In this document: positions 10,585-19,208 of the stretch, one piece after another
Layout: every line of letters begins with the position of its first letter
How positions within the stretch are numbered: position 1 is the first letter of the stretch
Assembly: GCA_964364265.1 (NCBI GenBank)
Contig: CAYILA010000004.1
Coordinates: 9,126-73,125 of the forward strand
Source: an uncultured Candidatus Saccharibacteria bacterium
GTDB taxonomy: Bacteria > Patescibacteriota > UBA1384 > XYA2-FULL-43-10 > 1-14-0-10-43-13
Reading direction: 5' to 3'
Length of the DNA stretch: 64,000 nt
Notes under the pieces: generated by a model
The model's input: the letters and a program-made list of their open reading frames with translations, nothing else
What the model was told of the DNA's origin: nothing
Database searches by the model: none
Made by a program: the position numbers and the translations under genes

Positions 10585-11736
10585 TTAAATCCTATTGTTT
10601 TCTTTTAGATAGCTCTTAATTTTCCGGATGATTTCAATCGCCGCCGCCGAAAGGGTTTTGTCCGGCATCTGAAAAGCGGCCGCCATCATGTGACCGCCTC
10701 CGCCGAAGAGCTTGGCGATCTCGGCCACATCGATAGAGGGAACGGATGAACGCAAAGAACCGTGAACCTCACCGCTCTTTTCCGAAAGAAGGAGAGCAAA
10801 ATTGGCGCCGGAGGCGGTTTTCAAAAGCTCGTCAATCAGGCCGCCCGATTCGTCCTCAGTCGCGGAAACCTCGGCAAAATCGCGCTTTCTAAGCTCGGAC
10901 CAGACGAATTTGTAGGCCATTTCGTCGTGCAAGTTAGAAAGAGCCCGCCCCCACAGCCGCAAAGTGGAAAGGGTTTTGGTTTTATAGATATTTTTAATAA
11001 TATCCTGCTGGCGCCCGCCTGATGCCACTAATTGGGCCGCCACCGTCAGGGATTTTGGAGTCGTGTTGGCATTTTGGAATGAGTTCGTATCGGCGATAAT
11101 ACCGGTTAGGAGAGAGGTGGCGATCGGTTCGTCGATGAATTTCGGATCGCCGGTCATAGCTTCAAAGACCGAGACCAGTATTTCAGAGGTTGATGTGGCC
11201 GTCATATCGATCAGATTAATCTTTCCAAAGTGGGTGTTGCCCGAATGATGGTCGATGTTTACTAGCGGTAATGAATAAAAGAGTTCGGCATTTTTTTCAT
11301 AGACCTCGCCCAGTCGCTCCAAATCGGTCGAATCAAGACAGATCACGGCGTCGTAGCCAAATCCGCCCTCCGGAAAAGTGACCATATCCGGTTCAAACTG
11401 CCCCATTTTTGGTGAAATAATTATCTCGAGTTGGTTGTCTTTGACCTTATATAGAAGCTTGTCAGCTTTAATATCTGAAACATTCAAAGAGATCACAAAA
11501 TCTTTTGTCGCCTTGAACTGGTCCTTGATCTCGGTAATTTCTTTTAAATAATTGAAGACGGCCGGCATCGAATCGTTGCAGACGGCCGTCACCTCTTTGC
11601 CCAGCTTTTTCATAGCCAAAACCACGGCCAAAGTGCTTCCGATCGCATCGCCGTCCGGTGATTTGTGAGTAAAAATAATAAACTTCTGTTTATTTCGTAA
11701 AATGTCGACGACTTGTTGTTTGGGTGTAAGTTCCAT
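10585..11736 (-). CDS. nrnA: DHH/DHHA1 phosphoesterase (NrnA-like)
   Basis: HKSPDGDAIGS, NIDHH, GIIADT, FGGGGH motifs. Confidence 0.9.
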   Translation of the reverse strand: MELTPKQQVVDILRNKQKFIIFTHKSPDGDAIGSTLAVVLAMKKLGKEVTAVCNDSMPAVFNYLKEITEIKDQFKATKDFVISLNVSDIKADKLLYKVKDNQLEIIISPKMGQFEPDMVTFPEGGFGYDAVICLDSTDLERLGEVYEKNAELFYSLPLVNIDHHSGNTHFGKINLIDMTATSTSEILVSVFEAMTGDPKFIDEPIATSLLTGIIADTNSFQNANTTPKSLTVAAQLVASGGRQQDIIKNIYKTKTLSTLRLWGRALSNLHDEMAYKFVWSELRKRDFAEVSATEDESGGLIDELLKTASGANFALLLSEKSGEVHGSLRSSVPSIDVAEIAKLFGGGGHMMAAAFQMPDKTLSAAAIEIIRKIKSYLKENNRI

Positions 11737-11840
11737 GAGACTTGCCTCATGCCTCGGCCTCGTTTCACTAGGTGAGACGGAACGGGCAGAATATTTTTTG
11801 AACTGACAAATATAGTCCTTTCGTACACGAATGTCAAATA

Positions 11841-11914
11841 GTTCTCCTCCTAATGTAGGAGGAGTCAGAGGAGGTATAATCCACTATTTACAGAGGTATA
11901 ATCCACTATTTACA
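11841..11914. repeat. CCCCT-family half element followed by a 22-bp tandem duplication
   Basis: ctcctcct-aatgt-aggaggag-tcagaggaggta; (gaggtataatccactatttaca)x2 at 11871-11914. Confidence 0.75.
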
Positions 11915-11972
11915 TTGGAACGAGAATATGTTAAAGTGTCTATTGTATTCCAAGCGCATCATTCCACTTCGT

Positions 11973-12044
11973 GTCATCCCGACCGAAGTGGAGGGATCTT
12001 TTAAAAGATTTCTCGACTCGATAGATTCACTCACTCGAAATGAC
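11973..12044. repeat. GTCAT...ATGAC palindromic element
   Basis: gtcatcccgaccgaagtggagggatcttttaaaagatttctcg...ctcgaaatgac. Confidence 0.9.
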
Positions 12045-12074
12045 AAACTAATTAGAAATATAGGAATTACTGTT

Positions 12075-12386
12075 ATGCCTCTAACAAAATCAGCAAAAAA
12101 GGCCCTTGCCGTCTCAAAACGAAGAAAATTGGAGAATGACAAGATTAGAGCCAGAGTAAAAGGCGCCACCAAAGGCGTTCGAATTGGTGTTAAATCCGGC
12201 GCAGCCGATAATGCCTTGAAGCTTCAGCTTGCCTACCGCGAGCTTGATATGGCCGCCAAGAAAAAAGTTATTCATAAGAACAAGGCCAGCCGGCTGAAAT
12301 CCCGCCTTGCCAAGGCTGTCGCCGCCACTCCGGTGGTCGCCGAAGCCAAGCCGAAGAAAGCCAAGGCAGTCAAAAAAGCTAAATAG
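12075..12386 (+). CDS. rpsT: 30S ribosomal protein S20 with Lys/Ala-rich tail
   Basis: MPLTKSAKKAL...LDMAAKKKVIHKNKASRLKSRL; upstream ORF extension is repeat-derived. Confidence 0.96.
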   Translation: MPLTKSAKKALAVSKRRKLENDKIRARVKGATKGVRIGVKSGAADNALKLQLAYRELDMAAKKKVIHKNKASRLKSRLAKAVAATPVVAEAKPKKAKAVKKAK

Positions 12387-12406
12387 TTAGACACTGGACA
12401 ACAGAC

Positions 12407-12444
12407 AATAAAATGCCTCTCGGGAAACCGAAGGCATTTTTATT
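12407..12444 (+). terminator. rpsT intrinsic terminator
   Basis: aaaatgcct-ctcgggaaaccga-aggcatttttatt. Confidence 0.7.
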
Positions 12445-12459
12445 ATTTACTTAATTGAT

Positions 12460-12548
12460 GTCATCCCGAGCCCCAAAGGGGGCCCTTTGGGCCGGGTCGA
12501 GGGATCTTTTAAAAGATTCCTCCGCTCCCTGCGGTTGGTCGGAATGAC
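12460..12548. repeat. GTCAT...ATGAC element with nested cccaaaggg/ccctttggg hairpin
   Basis: gtcatcccgagc[cccaaagggggccctttggg]...gagggatcttttaaaagattcctccgct...gtcggaatgac. Confidence 0.9.
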
Positions 12549-12640
12549 AGCTACTATTAGTACTCAAATAGTATTGCAATATATCCTCATTGTGCTATAA
12601 TTACTTTCGGCATCACACAAACACTTATCCAGGAAGGGGG

Positions 12641-13237
12641 GTGTTGGGTTTGAATTTTACATTGATGCTATCAGCAACCGGTTTAGCAATGTACCTGATT
12701 GTGTTCTGCTGGTACATGCGATTGGTTATTCGCGGAGGAATAAGCCCAAACGCCTCCACATGGCTGATATGGGCAGTTCTCGGCATACTGAATGCCGCAT
12801 CTTATCAGACTCTTTCGGGAGACTGGGTAAAAGCGGCGGCGGCCTATGGTGCCTGTCTAACGAACGCGGCAACTTTCATTATCGCGCTAAAACTCGGAAG
12901 ATTTTATCCTTTGAGTCGGCGTGATTGGTTGATCGCAATTGTCGGGCTAATTGCTGCGACACTCTGGGCATTGAACCCGAAGGCACCCTATGCCAATGGG
13001 TTAGTACTGAGCTGCATAGCCTTTTCGGCCATACCAACACTTGTAGGCGTTTGGATAGATCCCAGTAGAGAAAGACCTATCGTCTGGAATCTTCTCGCTG
13101 TGTCGTATATCTTTCAGCTGATTGTAATAGGGTTACGCTGGAAGAGTGGTTGGGACTTAATGTTCCCAATCACAGCAATGTCAGTGAACCTGAGTGTCGG
13201 TATCACCAGTGGCTTACGACGACGGTTTATTGGCTGA
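12641..13237 (+). CDS. Multi-pass membrane hypothetical protein
   Basis: About 7 hydrophobic segments, PNASTWLIW motif; purine-rich RBS before GTG 12641; start uncertain. Confidence 0.7.
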   Translation: MLGLNFTLMLSATGLAMYLIVFCWYMRLVIRGGISPNASTWLIWAVLGILNAASYQTLSGDWVKAAAAYGACLTNAATFIIALKLGRFYPLSRRDWLIAIVGLIAATLWALNPKAPYANGLVLSCIAFSAIPTLVGVWIDPSRERPIVWNLLAVSYIFQLIVIGLRWKSGWDLMFPITAMSVNLSVGITSGLRRRFIG

Positions 13238-13324
13238 TGAGGTCTCTTCTCATCCCATATGACCGGGGCAGCTATTCAGAATCTGAAACCCCGGTAATGA
13301 CGAATAAGATGCTCAGAAAACCAA

Positions 13325-13350
13325 GCGCCTCCCTGTATTCAGGGAGGCGC
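13325..13350. terminator. Bidirectional terminator between convergent genes
   Basis: gcgcctccctg-tatt-cagggaggcgc. Confidence 0.7.
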
Positions 13351-13357
13351 GATTTTA

Positions 13358-13900
13358 TTAAAGTGATAGCGACCGCATTCGGGGGTAGATGATGAAAAGG
13401 GCGTGGCCCAGGAAGAACCGCTTCTCAACCCCTCCGAAATAGCGGGAGTCATTTGAATTCGGCCGGTTGTCGCCCATCAGGAAGTATTCAACCGTCGAAA
13501 GGGTCCATTTGCCGTCCGGCTCACTGTTCACACCGTAGGGAATGTATAGTTCTTTCAATAATTTATTATTAATGTAGACCTTTCCACCCTTGGTCTCAAC
13601 CGTCTCGCCGGGAAGGCCGACCACTCTTTTCACATATCGTTTTTTGGCCGGGTCGCCTGGATACTGAACCACCACCACATCGCCTCGGATTGGATTTTTT
13701 TGCTTCGTATAGGCATTCTTTTGGAGCAACACCAGCTCCCGGTCGTGTAGATTCGGTTCCATCGAGAGTCCGTCCACCACAAATACCGTCATCCAGAAGG
13801 CGTTGACTAAAATTAAGACGATAATCAGCATAATCACGCCTCTGGCCAAATCAAAAACGATTCCTCCCCCGTAAACGATAGAACCAATAAATTTATTCAT
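13358..13900 (-). CDS. lepB: Signal peptidase I
   Basis: GLSMEPNL, YVKRVVGLPGE, GDNRPNSNDSRYFG. Confidence 0.97.
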   Translation of the reverse strand: MNKFIGSIVYGGGIVFDLARGVIMLIIVLILVNAFWMTVFVVDGLSMEPNLHDRELVLLQKNAYTKQKNPIRGDVVVVQYPGDPAKKRYVKRVVGLPGETVETKGGKVYINNKLLKELYIPYGVNSEPDGKWTLSTVEYFLMGDNRPNSNDSRYFGGVEKRFFLGHALFIIYPRMRSLSL

Positions 13901-13904
13901 AAAA

Positions 13905-14011
13905 TTACCTAACTCTTACCAAATTACAAATATGTCGAAAATACTAAATTACGAAAATACAAATGTTTTAGTAATTTCGTATTTTTGTTTAATTCGTACT
14001 TTCGTAGGGTT
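13905..14011. repeat. TTACGAA/TTCGTAA periodic inverted array
   Basis: Shares gtaatttNgtatttttgttNaattcgtactttcgtagggtt with 9671-9711. Confidence 0.8.
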
Positions 14012-14018
14012 TGCGTGA

Positions 14019-15542
14019 CTACTCAAACCCCGGTTCGCGTAAGGCGACAAAGCTGCGCGAGACATAAGAAATAATCGGAAAGAGCGACAAGCAAAAATCC
14101 TCCAAAGCCAAACCGCCCTTCTCGGTCAAGAACCAAGTCGGCATCTCAAAGTTGTGGTCCGAAAAGCGTTTTGCCCAGGCCGCCTCGCAGTCCATAACGA
14201 TGGCGTAGGGAAGGTAGTTTTGGAAAATGGCGGCCAGATTTTGGGAATAAACCATCGGTTCCGGACTGGAGAGAAACTTTTTGAAGGCAAGCCAGTTGGT
14301 CAGCTCTTCCTGGCCGAGCGGCGTCCGAATCGGGATGTAGGAGGCGGCTCCGGTGATTACCACCGCCGAAATCATCATCCCGATCCAGAAAAAGACGACA
14401 TAGGGCGGGTTCGGGAAGTAGGCGAAACTCAAACCGAAACCTGTTAACCCCAAAAGGAAAGCGAGTATTCCGAAAAATCGATATTTGGCATGGACGCTTT
14501 GGGGGTTCGTCTTAAAATATCCGAGCCGGGTGGTCAGGGCGTAAATGCCGGCTGAAACCAGCGAGATTTTCTTGCTGTAAAAATGGTTGTTAATCCGTTG
14601 TTCAATCTCAATTCGGTCGGCGCTTAAATTATTTCTAAATATTTTTGAAAGCAGTATCTTTTCGTATCCCAAGAGCCGTTTGTCAAATTTGCCCTTGCCG
14701 AAGGCAAATCCCCGCTCCCGGTCGATGATCAGAATGTCTCCCCGAATCGCCATATCAATCAGGGTGGCGGCTATCTCTCGCGAACGAACCTTCTGATGCA
14801 TTAAGACCCCGACCAGAGCCGGCGGGATCGCCATCGGCGGAGCGTTGATCGGTTTATCGGGAATCTCAATCTTCTGGCGTTTTGTTTGAATCAAAAGGAA
14901 AAAAACCATAAATACGAAGGTGAAGGAGGGCAAGGCGATGGCCGCAATCAGCCAGTAATTAAAACTTTTTGAAGCCAAATTGGTCTGTATCTGTTGAGTG
15001 ACATTCGCCTTAATCGTTCCTTTCGGCATCTTGGCCACAATTGAGACCGTGGCATAGCCGGAGACATCGTCGATTTCGTAGATTATTGTTTTTGAATCGG
15101 AGACATAGGAATTGGTAGCGCCGGCGCCGTGGATTGCCAAGACCTCATGACTTGTTTGGTAAGCGACATCGCCGGGTAAAGTCAGGGTAATCTTTAAACT
15201 CGGCATCGAAACACCCGATTGGTCGATTACCGGAGTTCTTAGTTCGTCTCCATCAGCCAAAAAGTTGATTTTCTTGTCCGATTCCTCCCCATCGATCGTC
15301 ACCGATCCTTCGGTTGATATACCGACTGCAATATCCTTGTCGCCGGTCGCGTCTCCGGATATTATCGGGGACTGATCCGCCTGCGAATTGTTGTTTGAAA
15401 CAAAGACATAAACAGCCCAACCGGCAAGTAAAAGCAACGAGAAAAAGAGGAATTTACGGCCGTAAAATCCCAAAATACTCCTTCGCGCTCTGGACCGCTT
15501 ATTCACAAGATCCCTCCGACAGTTACTAATCTGGAGTGTCAA
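14019..15542 (-). CDS. DUF2207-like membrane protein
   Basis: PPALVGVL, ATLIDMAIRG, RTPLGQE...WLAFKKFL, YLPYAIV...AWAKRF; start uncertain. Confidence 0.8.
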   Translation of the reverse strand: MTLQISNCRRDLVNKRSRARRSILGFYGRKFLFFSLLLLAGWAVYVFVSNNNSQADQSPIISGDATGDKDIAVGISTEGSVTIDGEESDKKINFLADGDELRTPVIDQSGVSMPSLKITLTLPGDVAYQTSHEVLAIHGAGATNSYVSDSKTIIYEIDDVSGYATVSIVAKMPKGTIKANVTQQIQTNLASKSFNYWLIAAIALPSFTFVFMVFFLLIQTKRQKIEIPDKPINAPPMAIPPALVGVLMHQKVRSREIAATLIDMAIRGDILIIDRERGFAFGKGKFDKRLLGYEKILLSKIFRNNLSADRIEIEQRINNHFYSKKISLVSAGIYALTTRLGYFKTNPQSVHAKYRFFGILAFLLGLTGFGLSFAYFPNPPYVVFFWIGMMISAVVITGAASYIPIRTPLGQEELTNWLAFKKFLSSPEPMVYSQNLAAIFQNYLPYAIVMDCEAAWAKRFSDHNFEMPTWFLTEKGGLALEDFCLSLFPIISYVSRSFVALREPGFE

Positions 15543-15552
15543 AACTATTTTA

Positions 15553-16512
15553 TCATCTAAGACAAAATTCCGCCAGAACCAAATCGAGCGCTAGTCTTAC
15601 TTCAATCTGTCCGTTTTTTATCTCCTTATCAATATTTCCCAATCTTAAAAAAAAGTTTTGAATCTCTTTCTGGCCGCTGTTTTTCAGATTATTAATCGTT
15701 TTTGAAACGACAAAGGGATGCATTTTGACTATTTTGGCAATATTTCCTTGCGATTCTCCCCTTATGTAATAATCAAGGACTGAAAGCATCGTCCGGTATT
15801 GGTAAACGATCATTGAAAAAATCAGGTTTTCATTCACTCCTCCCTTAATTAGCTTGTCCATAACCATACAGGCTCTTTTTCCGTTCCTTGCCGCCACCGC
15901 ATCGATCAGGTCAAAATTAGTGCTGAAATTTTCCGGCGCCAGATTTTCCTCAATGTCTCCTATTGTAATGTTCTCACGCCCGTTTGCCATGGCATAAAGC
16001 GATAATTTTTCAATCTCGGAATTTATCCGCCAAAGGTCGGAGCCCGAAAATTCGGCAATTTTTTCAGCCTCTTTTTGACCAATCCTGATTCCCAAGCTCT
16101 TCCCCTTCCCGATAATCCAGCTGAATAATCTGGAACCGATAATCTGTTTGAATTCAAATGCTTGTTTTGGCTTATTTAATTTTTTGAATAGCGAACTTCT
16201 CTTGTCCGGCAGGCCTGATTCTCTAAATATTATCAATGTCGTATCTGGAATTTTTTCCAAATTTTTGCCAATATATTCGGCCAAAGTTTTATCCTTATTT
16301 TCAAGCAAAAAATTCCTGATTTCGACAATTTTTTTGGCCGAAAATATAGAGACGGCAAAAGCAACCTCATCAAATTGCGGTTTGGTCAGATCGTCTCCGT
16401 TTAGAACAAAAACCTCCGGCGGAAACTCCGCCTTCGCCAGAATCTGCTCTTTTAAGGAAACGATTTTTTCTTTGAGAGAGAATGTATCCTCTCCGTAAAA
16501 TAGATAAAACAT
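15553..16512 (-). CDS. holA: DNA polymerase III subunit delta
   Basis: YLFYGEDTF, PDKRSSLFK, GSDLWRINSEIEKL, MHPFVV. Confidence 0.93.
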   Translation of the reverse strand: MFYLFYGEDTFSLKEKIVSLKEQILAKAEFPPEVFVLNGDDLTKPQFDEVAFAVSIFSAKKIVEIRNFLLENKDKTLAEYIGKNLEKIPDTTLIIFRESGLPDKRSSLFKKLNKPKQAFEFKQIIGSRLFSWIIGKGKSLGIRIGQKEAEKIAEFSGSDLWRINSEIEKLSLYAMANGRENITIGDIEENLAPENFSTNFDLIDAVAARNGKRACMVMDKLIKGGVNENLIFSMIVYQYRTMLSVLDYYIRGESQGNIAKIVKMHPFVVSKTINNLKNSGQKEIQNFFLRLGNIDKEIKNGQIEVRLALDLVLAEFCLR

Positions 16513-16516
16513 AGTA

Positions 16517-16622
16517 AAAGTATTAAGTATCCAGTATTAAGTATCCAGTATCAAGGAATGTCATAGACACAATGTATTTTGTGGTTAACCCCCTAATACC
16601 AAATACCTGATACTTGATACTG
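16517..16622. repeat. Heptamer-periodic inverted array
   Basis: aagtattaagtatccagtattaagtatccagtatcaag ... taataccaaatacctgatacttgatact. Confidence 0.75.
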
Positions 16623-16635
16623 CACTAAGCGAAGC

Positions 16636-17928
16636 TTAGTGCTTTGCTTCCAGCCAGTTCTTGCCGTAGGCGACCTCCACTTCAAGAGGAACACAAAGCT
16701 TAACCGCCCCTTCCATCACCTCTTTAATCATTTTCGATACCGATTCGGCATCTTCTTCCGGCGCTTCCGCCACCAGTTCGTCATGAACAGTCAGAATCAA
16801 TCTCGGTCGTCGGCCTGCCTCGCCGGTGGGCGGGTCGTCGGTCGTCGGTCGTCGGTTAATTTCTTTATCCAATTCGATCATTGCCAGTTTCAATATCTCC
16901 GCCGCCGTGCCCTGGACCGGCGTATTGATCGCCATTCGCTCTCCGGCATTGGCCGTCTGCCAATTTTCCGATTTCAATTCGGCGATGTTGCGGCGGAAGC
17001 CGAACAGCGTCTCAACATAGCCGTCCTTGTCCGCCTTGGCCCGCATATTTTTGACATACCGGGCGATGCCGGTGTGGACATCGAAATATTTATCGATATA
17101 ATTTTGGGCATCCTGCCGGTTGATTCCCAGCGCCTGTGACAAACCGTATGAGGTCTGGCCGTATAAAACCCCGAAGTTAACTGTTTTGGCCGCCCTGCGT
17201 TGTTCTTTGGTCACCTTGTCGGCCGGGACGCCGAAAATCTCCGATGCTGTTTTCGAGTGAATGTCGACTCCGCTCTCAAACGCCTTCAACATCACCTCGT
17301 CTTGCGCCAGACAGGCCACGATTCTAAGCTCAATCTGCGAATAATCGGCCGAGATCAAAACCATTCTCTCCGGCGCGATAAATGCTTTTCTGATCTCGTC
17401 GCCAAGCTCACCCTTGATCGGAATATTTTGCAGATTGGGATTTTTGGATGTCATTCGGCCGGTCGAAGTTTCCTGGCCGTAAGTGGTGTGAATCCGGCCG
17501 TCTTTAGTTACCAAGGCCGGCAGAGGTTTTAAATATGTCGAGACCAATTTTGAAAGTTCGCGGTATTCCAAAACCGGTTCGATAATTTTGTGTTTGCTTT
17601 TTAATTTAGACAGTTCCGGCGCCGCCGTAGAAATCCCCGACTTTGTTTTTTTAAGGTCAAAAATGGGAAGCTTGAGTTTTTTGAATAAAAGTTCCGCCAT
17701 TTGGCTCGGAGAATTGATATTAAACTTTTCTCCCGCCGCCTTGTATATTTCCTTTTCCAGTTTCGATATTCTGATTTCGAGTCTCCGCTGGAGCTCGCTC
17801 AAAACTTTTCTATCGATTAATATCCCGGCGTTCTCCATGGCGCGCAAAACCGGCTCGACTTGTCTGTCGATCTCTCCCGCACTGATATTCGGGATTTTGA
17901 CGCCCTTTTCACGTAGATGTGACCACAT
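16636..17928 (-). CDS. polA: DNA polymerase I, stand-alone family A polymerase domain
   Basis: TGRMTSKNPNLQNIP, ADYSQIELR, AKTVNFGVLYG, INTPVQGTAA, VHDELV. Confidence 0.95.
   Translation of the reverse strand: MWSHLREKGVKIPNISAGEIDRQVEPVLRAMENAGILIDRKVLSELQRRLEIRISKLEKEIYKAAGEKFNINSPSQMAELLFKKLKLPIFDLKKTKSGISTAAPELSKLKSKHKIIEPVLEYRELSKLVSTYLKPLPALVTKDGRIHTTYGQETSTGRMTSKNPNLQNIPIKGELGDEIRKAFIAPERMVLISADYSQIELRIVACLAQDEVMLKAFESGVDIHSKTASEIFGVPADKVTKEQRRAAKTVNFGVLYGQTSYGLSQALGINRQDAQNYIDKYFDVHTGIARYVKNMRAKADKDGYVETLFGFRRNIAELKSENWQTANAGERMAINTPVQGTAAEILKLAMIELDKEINRRPTTDDPPTGEAGRRPRLILTVHDELVAEAPEEDAESVSKMIKEVMEGAVKLCVPLEVEVAYGKNWLEAKH
16803..16855. repeat. In-frame (cggtcgt)n array carrying a 21-nt hairpin insert
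   Basis: Removing cctgcctcgccggtgggcggg (16814-16834) restores a perfect heptamer array; encodes RRPTTDDPPTGEAGRRPR. Confidence 0.9.
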
Positions 17929-17931
17929 AAT

Positions 17932-18049
17932 TTTAGAATATTGATTTCAGATTGTAGAAGTTAGAATGAGATTAGAGATTAGCAATTAGCAATTAGATTC
18001 TATATTATACATTCATTCTAAAATCTAATATCTATCCTCTAAATTCTAG
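17932..18049. repeat. Heptamer-periodic inverted array between the two polA halves
   Basis: ttagaatgagattagagattagcaattagcaattag ... tctaaaatctaatatctatcctctaaattctag. Confidence 0.65.
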
Positions 18050-19132
18050 TTATAGCTCCAATCTTAATTGACTATCCTTCTTCTTCTGTTCCTCGGTTAT
18101 TTTCCGTTGTTCTTCCGTCCGCCGGCCGGCGGATCCGTCCTTTCGTCTTTCAGTTTCCTTCGTAAATCTTTCAAGCAACGATTTAAACTGCAATTCCTCA
18201 AACAACTTCCGCAGTTCCCCCCTATCATACTGCCCCCATTTGGCATCTGCAAGAGAAAAATCAATCGGCACATTGCGTTCAATCGTGGCCAGCATTTGGG
18301 ATTGAAATGCCTGATCCTTGTGTTCGATCAACAACCTTAATATGCGAGGCTTTATATCCATTTGCTCGGCAAGCTTATCGATTGCTTCATTGTTCGATTG
18401 TTCGATTGTTAAATCAGCAATTGAGCAATTGAGCAATTGAGCAATCAGCCCATAAAGCTTCTCCAGCGTATCAAATTTAAGAATAAGATCAGTTGCAGTT
18501 TTGGGACCTATTGAAGGAACCCCGGGGATATTGTCCGAGGGATCCCCGGCAAGGGCTTTTAAGTCGACGAAATCCTCCGGATCGAGATTGTAAACCTCTT
18601 TCAAGTGTTTATGATCAAATATCTCCGCCTCCGAAAAGCCGCGCTTTAACATTAAAACTTTGACATGACCGTTTAGAAGTTGATAAACATCCTTGTCGCC
18701 CGAGGCGATGTAAATCATCAATTCTTCCTCTTGACTTTCGCCTTTCGCCTTTCGCCTTTCGCCTTTTAGGCATTTCTCTACTATTGTGCCGAGAATGTCG
18801 TCCGCCTCATATCCCTCTAGAGATAAAACCGGAATCCCGAAGGCCGCAAGCATCTCTTTTACCCGAGGAATCTGATCATAGAGTTCCTGATCGGCTTTAA
18901 CCCGCTTTGCTTTATATTCTTTATATTCGACATGCCGGAATGTCGGGCCGGCCAAATCAAAAGCGGCCGCGATGTAGTCGGGATGAAGTTCTTCGAGCAC
19001 CTTAATCAGCGCCAGAGCAAAACCGTAGGTTACATTAGTTAGTTCGCCCTTTGAATTCGATAAATTCTTAGGCAAAGCATGATAAGCCCGATGGATGATG
19101 GCGTTTGAATCGAGCAGGACTAAAGTTTTCAT
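18050..19132 (-). CDS. 5'-3' exonuclease (PolA N-terminal domain) with repeat-derived insertions
   Basis: LLDSNAIIHRAYHA, YEADDILGT, SGDKD, ALAGDPSDNIPGVPSIGPKTA. Confidence 0.95.
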   Translation of the reverse strand: MKTLVLLDSNAIIHRAYHALPKNLSNSKGELTNVTYGFALALIKVLEELHPDYIAAAFDLAGPTFRHVEYKEYKAKRVKADQELYDQIPRVKEMLAAFGIPVLSLEGYEADDILGTIVEKCLKGERRKAKGESQEEELMIYIASGDKDVYQLLNGHVKVLMLKRGFSEAEIFDHKHLKEVYNLDPEDFVDLKALAGDPSDNIPGVPSIGPKTATDLILKFDTLEKLYGLIAQLLNCSIADLTIEQSNNEAIDKLAEQMDIKPRILRLLIEHKDQAFQSQMLATIERNVPIDFSLADAKWGQYDRGELRKLFEELQFKSLLERFTKETERRKDGSAGRRTEEQRKITEEQKKKDSQLRLEL

Positions 19133-19208
19133 AACAAGATCCAAAGTAATGTTCTTGATACAGTGCGTTAAAAGAAGCGAAGCGCACTTATATTACGATT
19201 TTATCATA

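Noticed and set aside
11906-12172. ORF 11906-12172 and the N-terminal extensions of rpsT (from 11928) and dnaB (from 20684)
   Set aside because: These are open frames running through repeat elements; better starts lie downstream.
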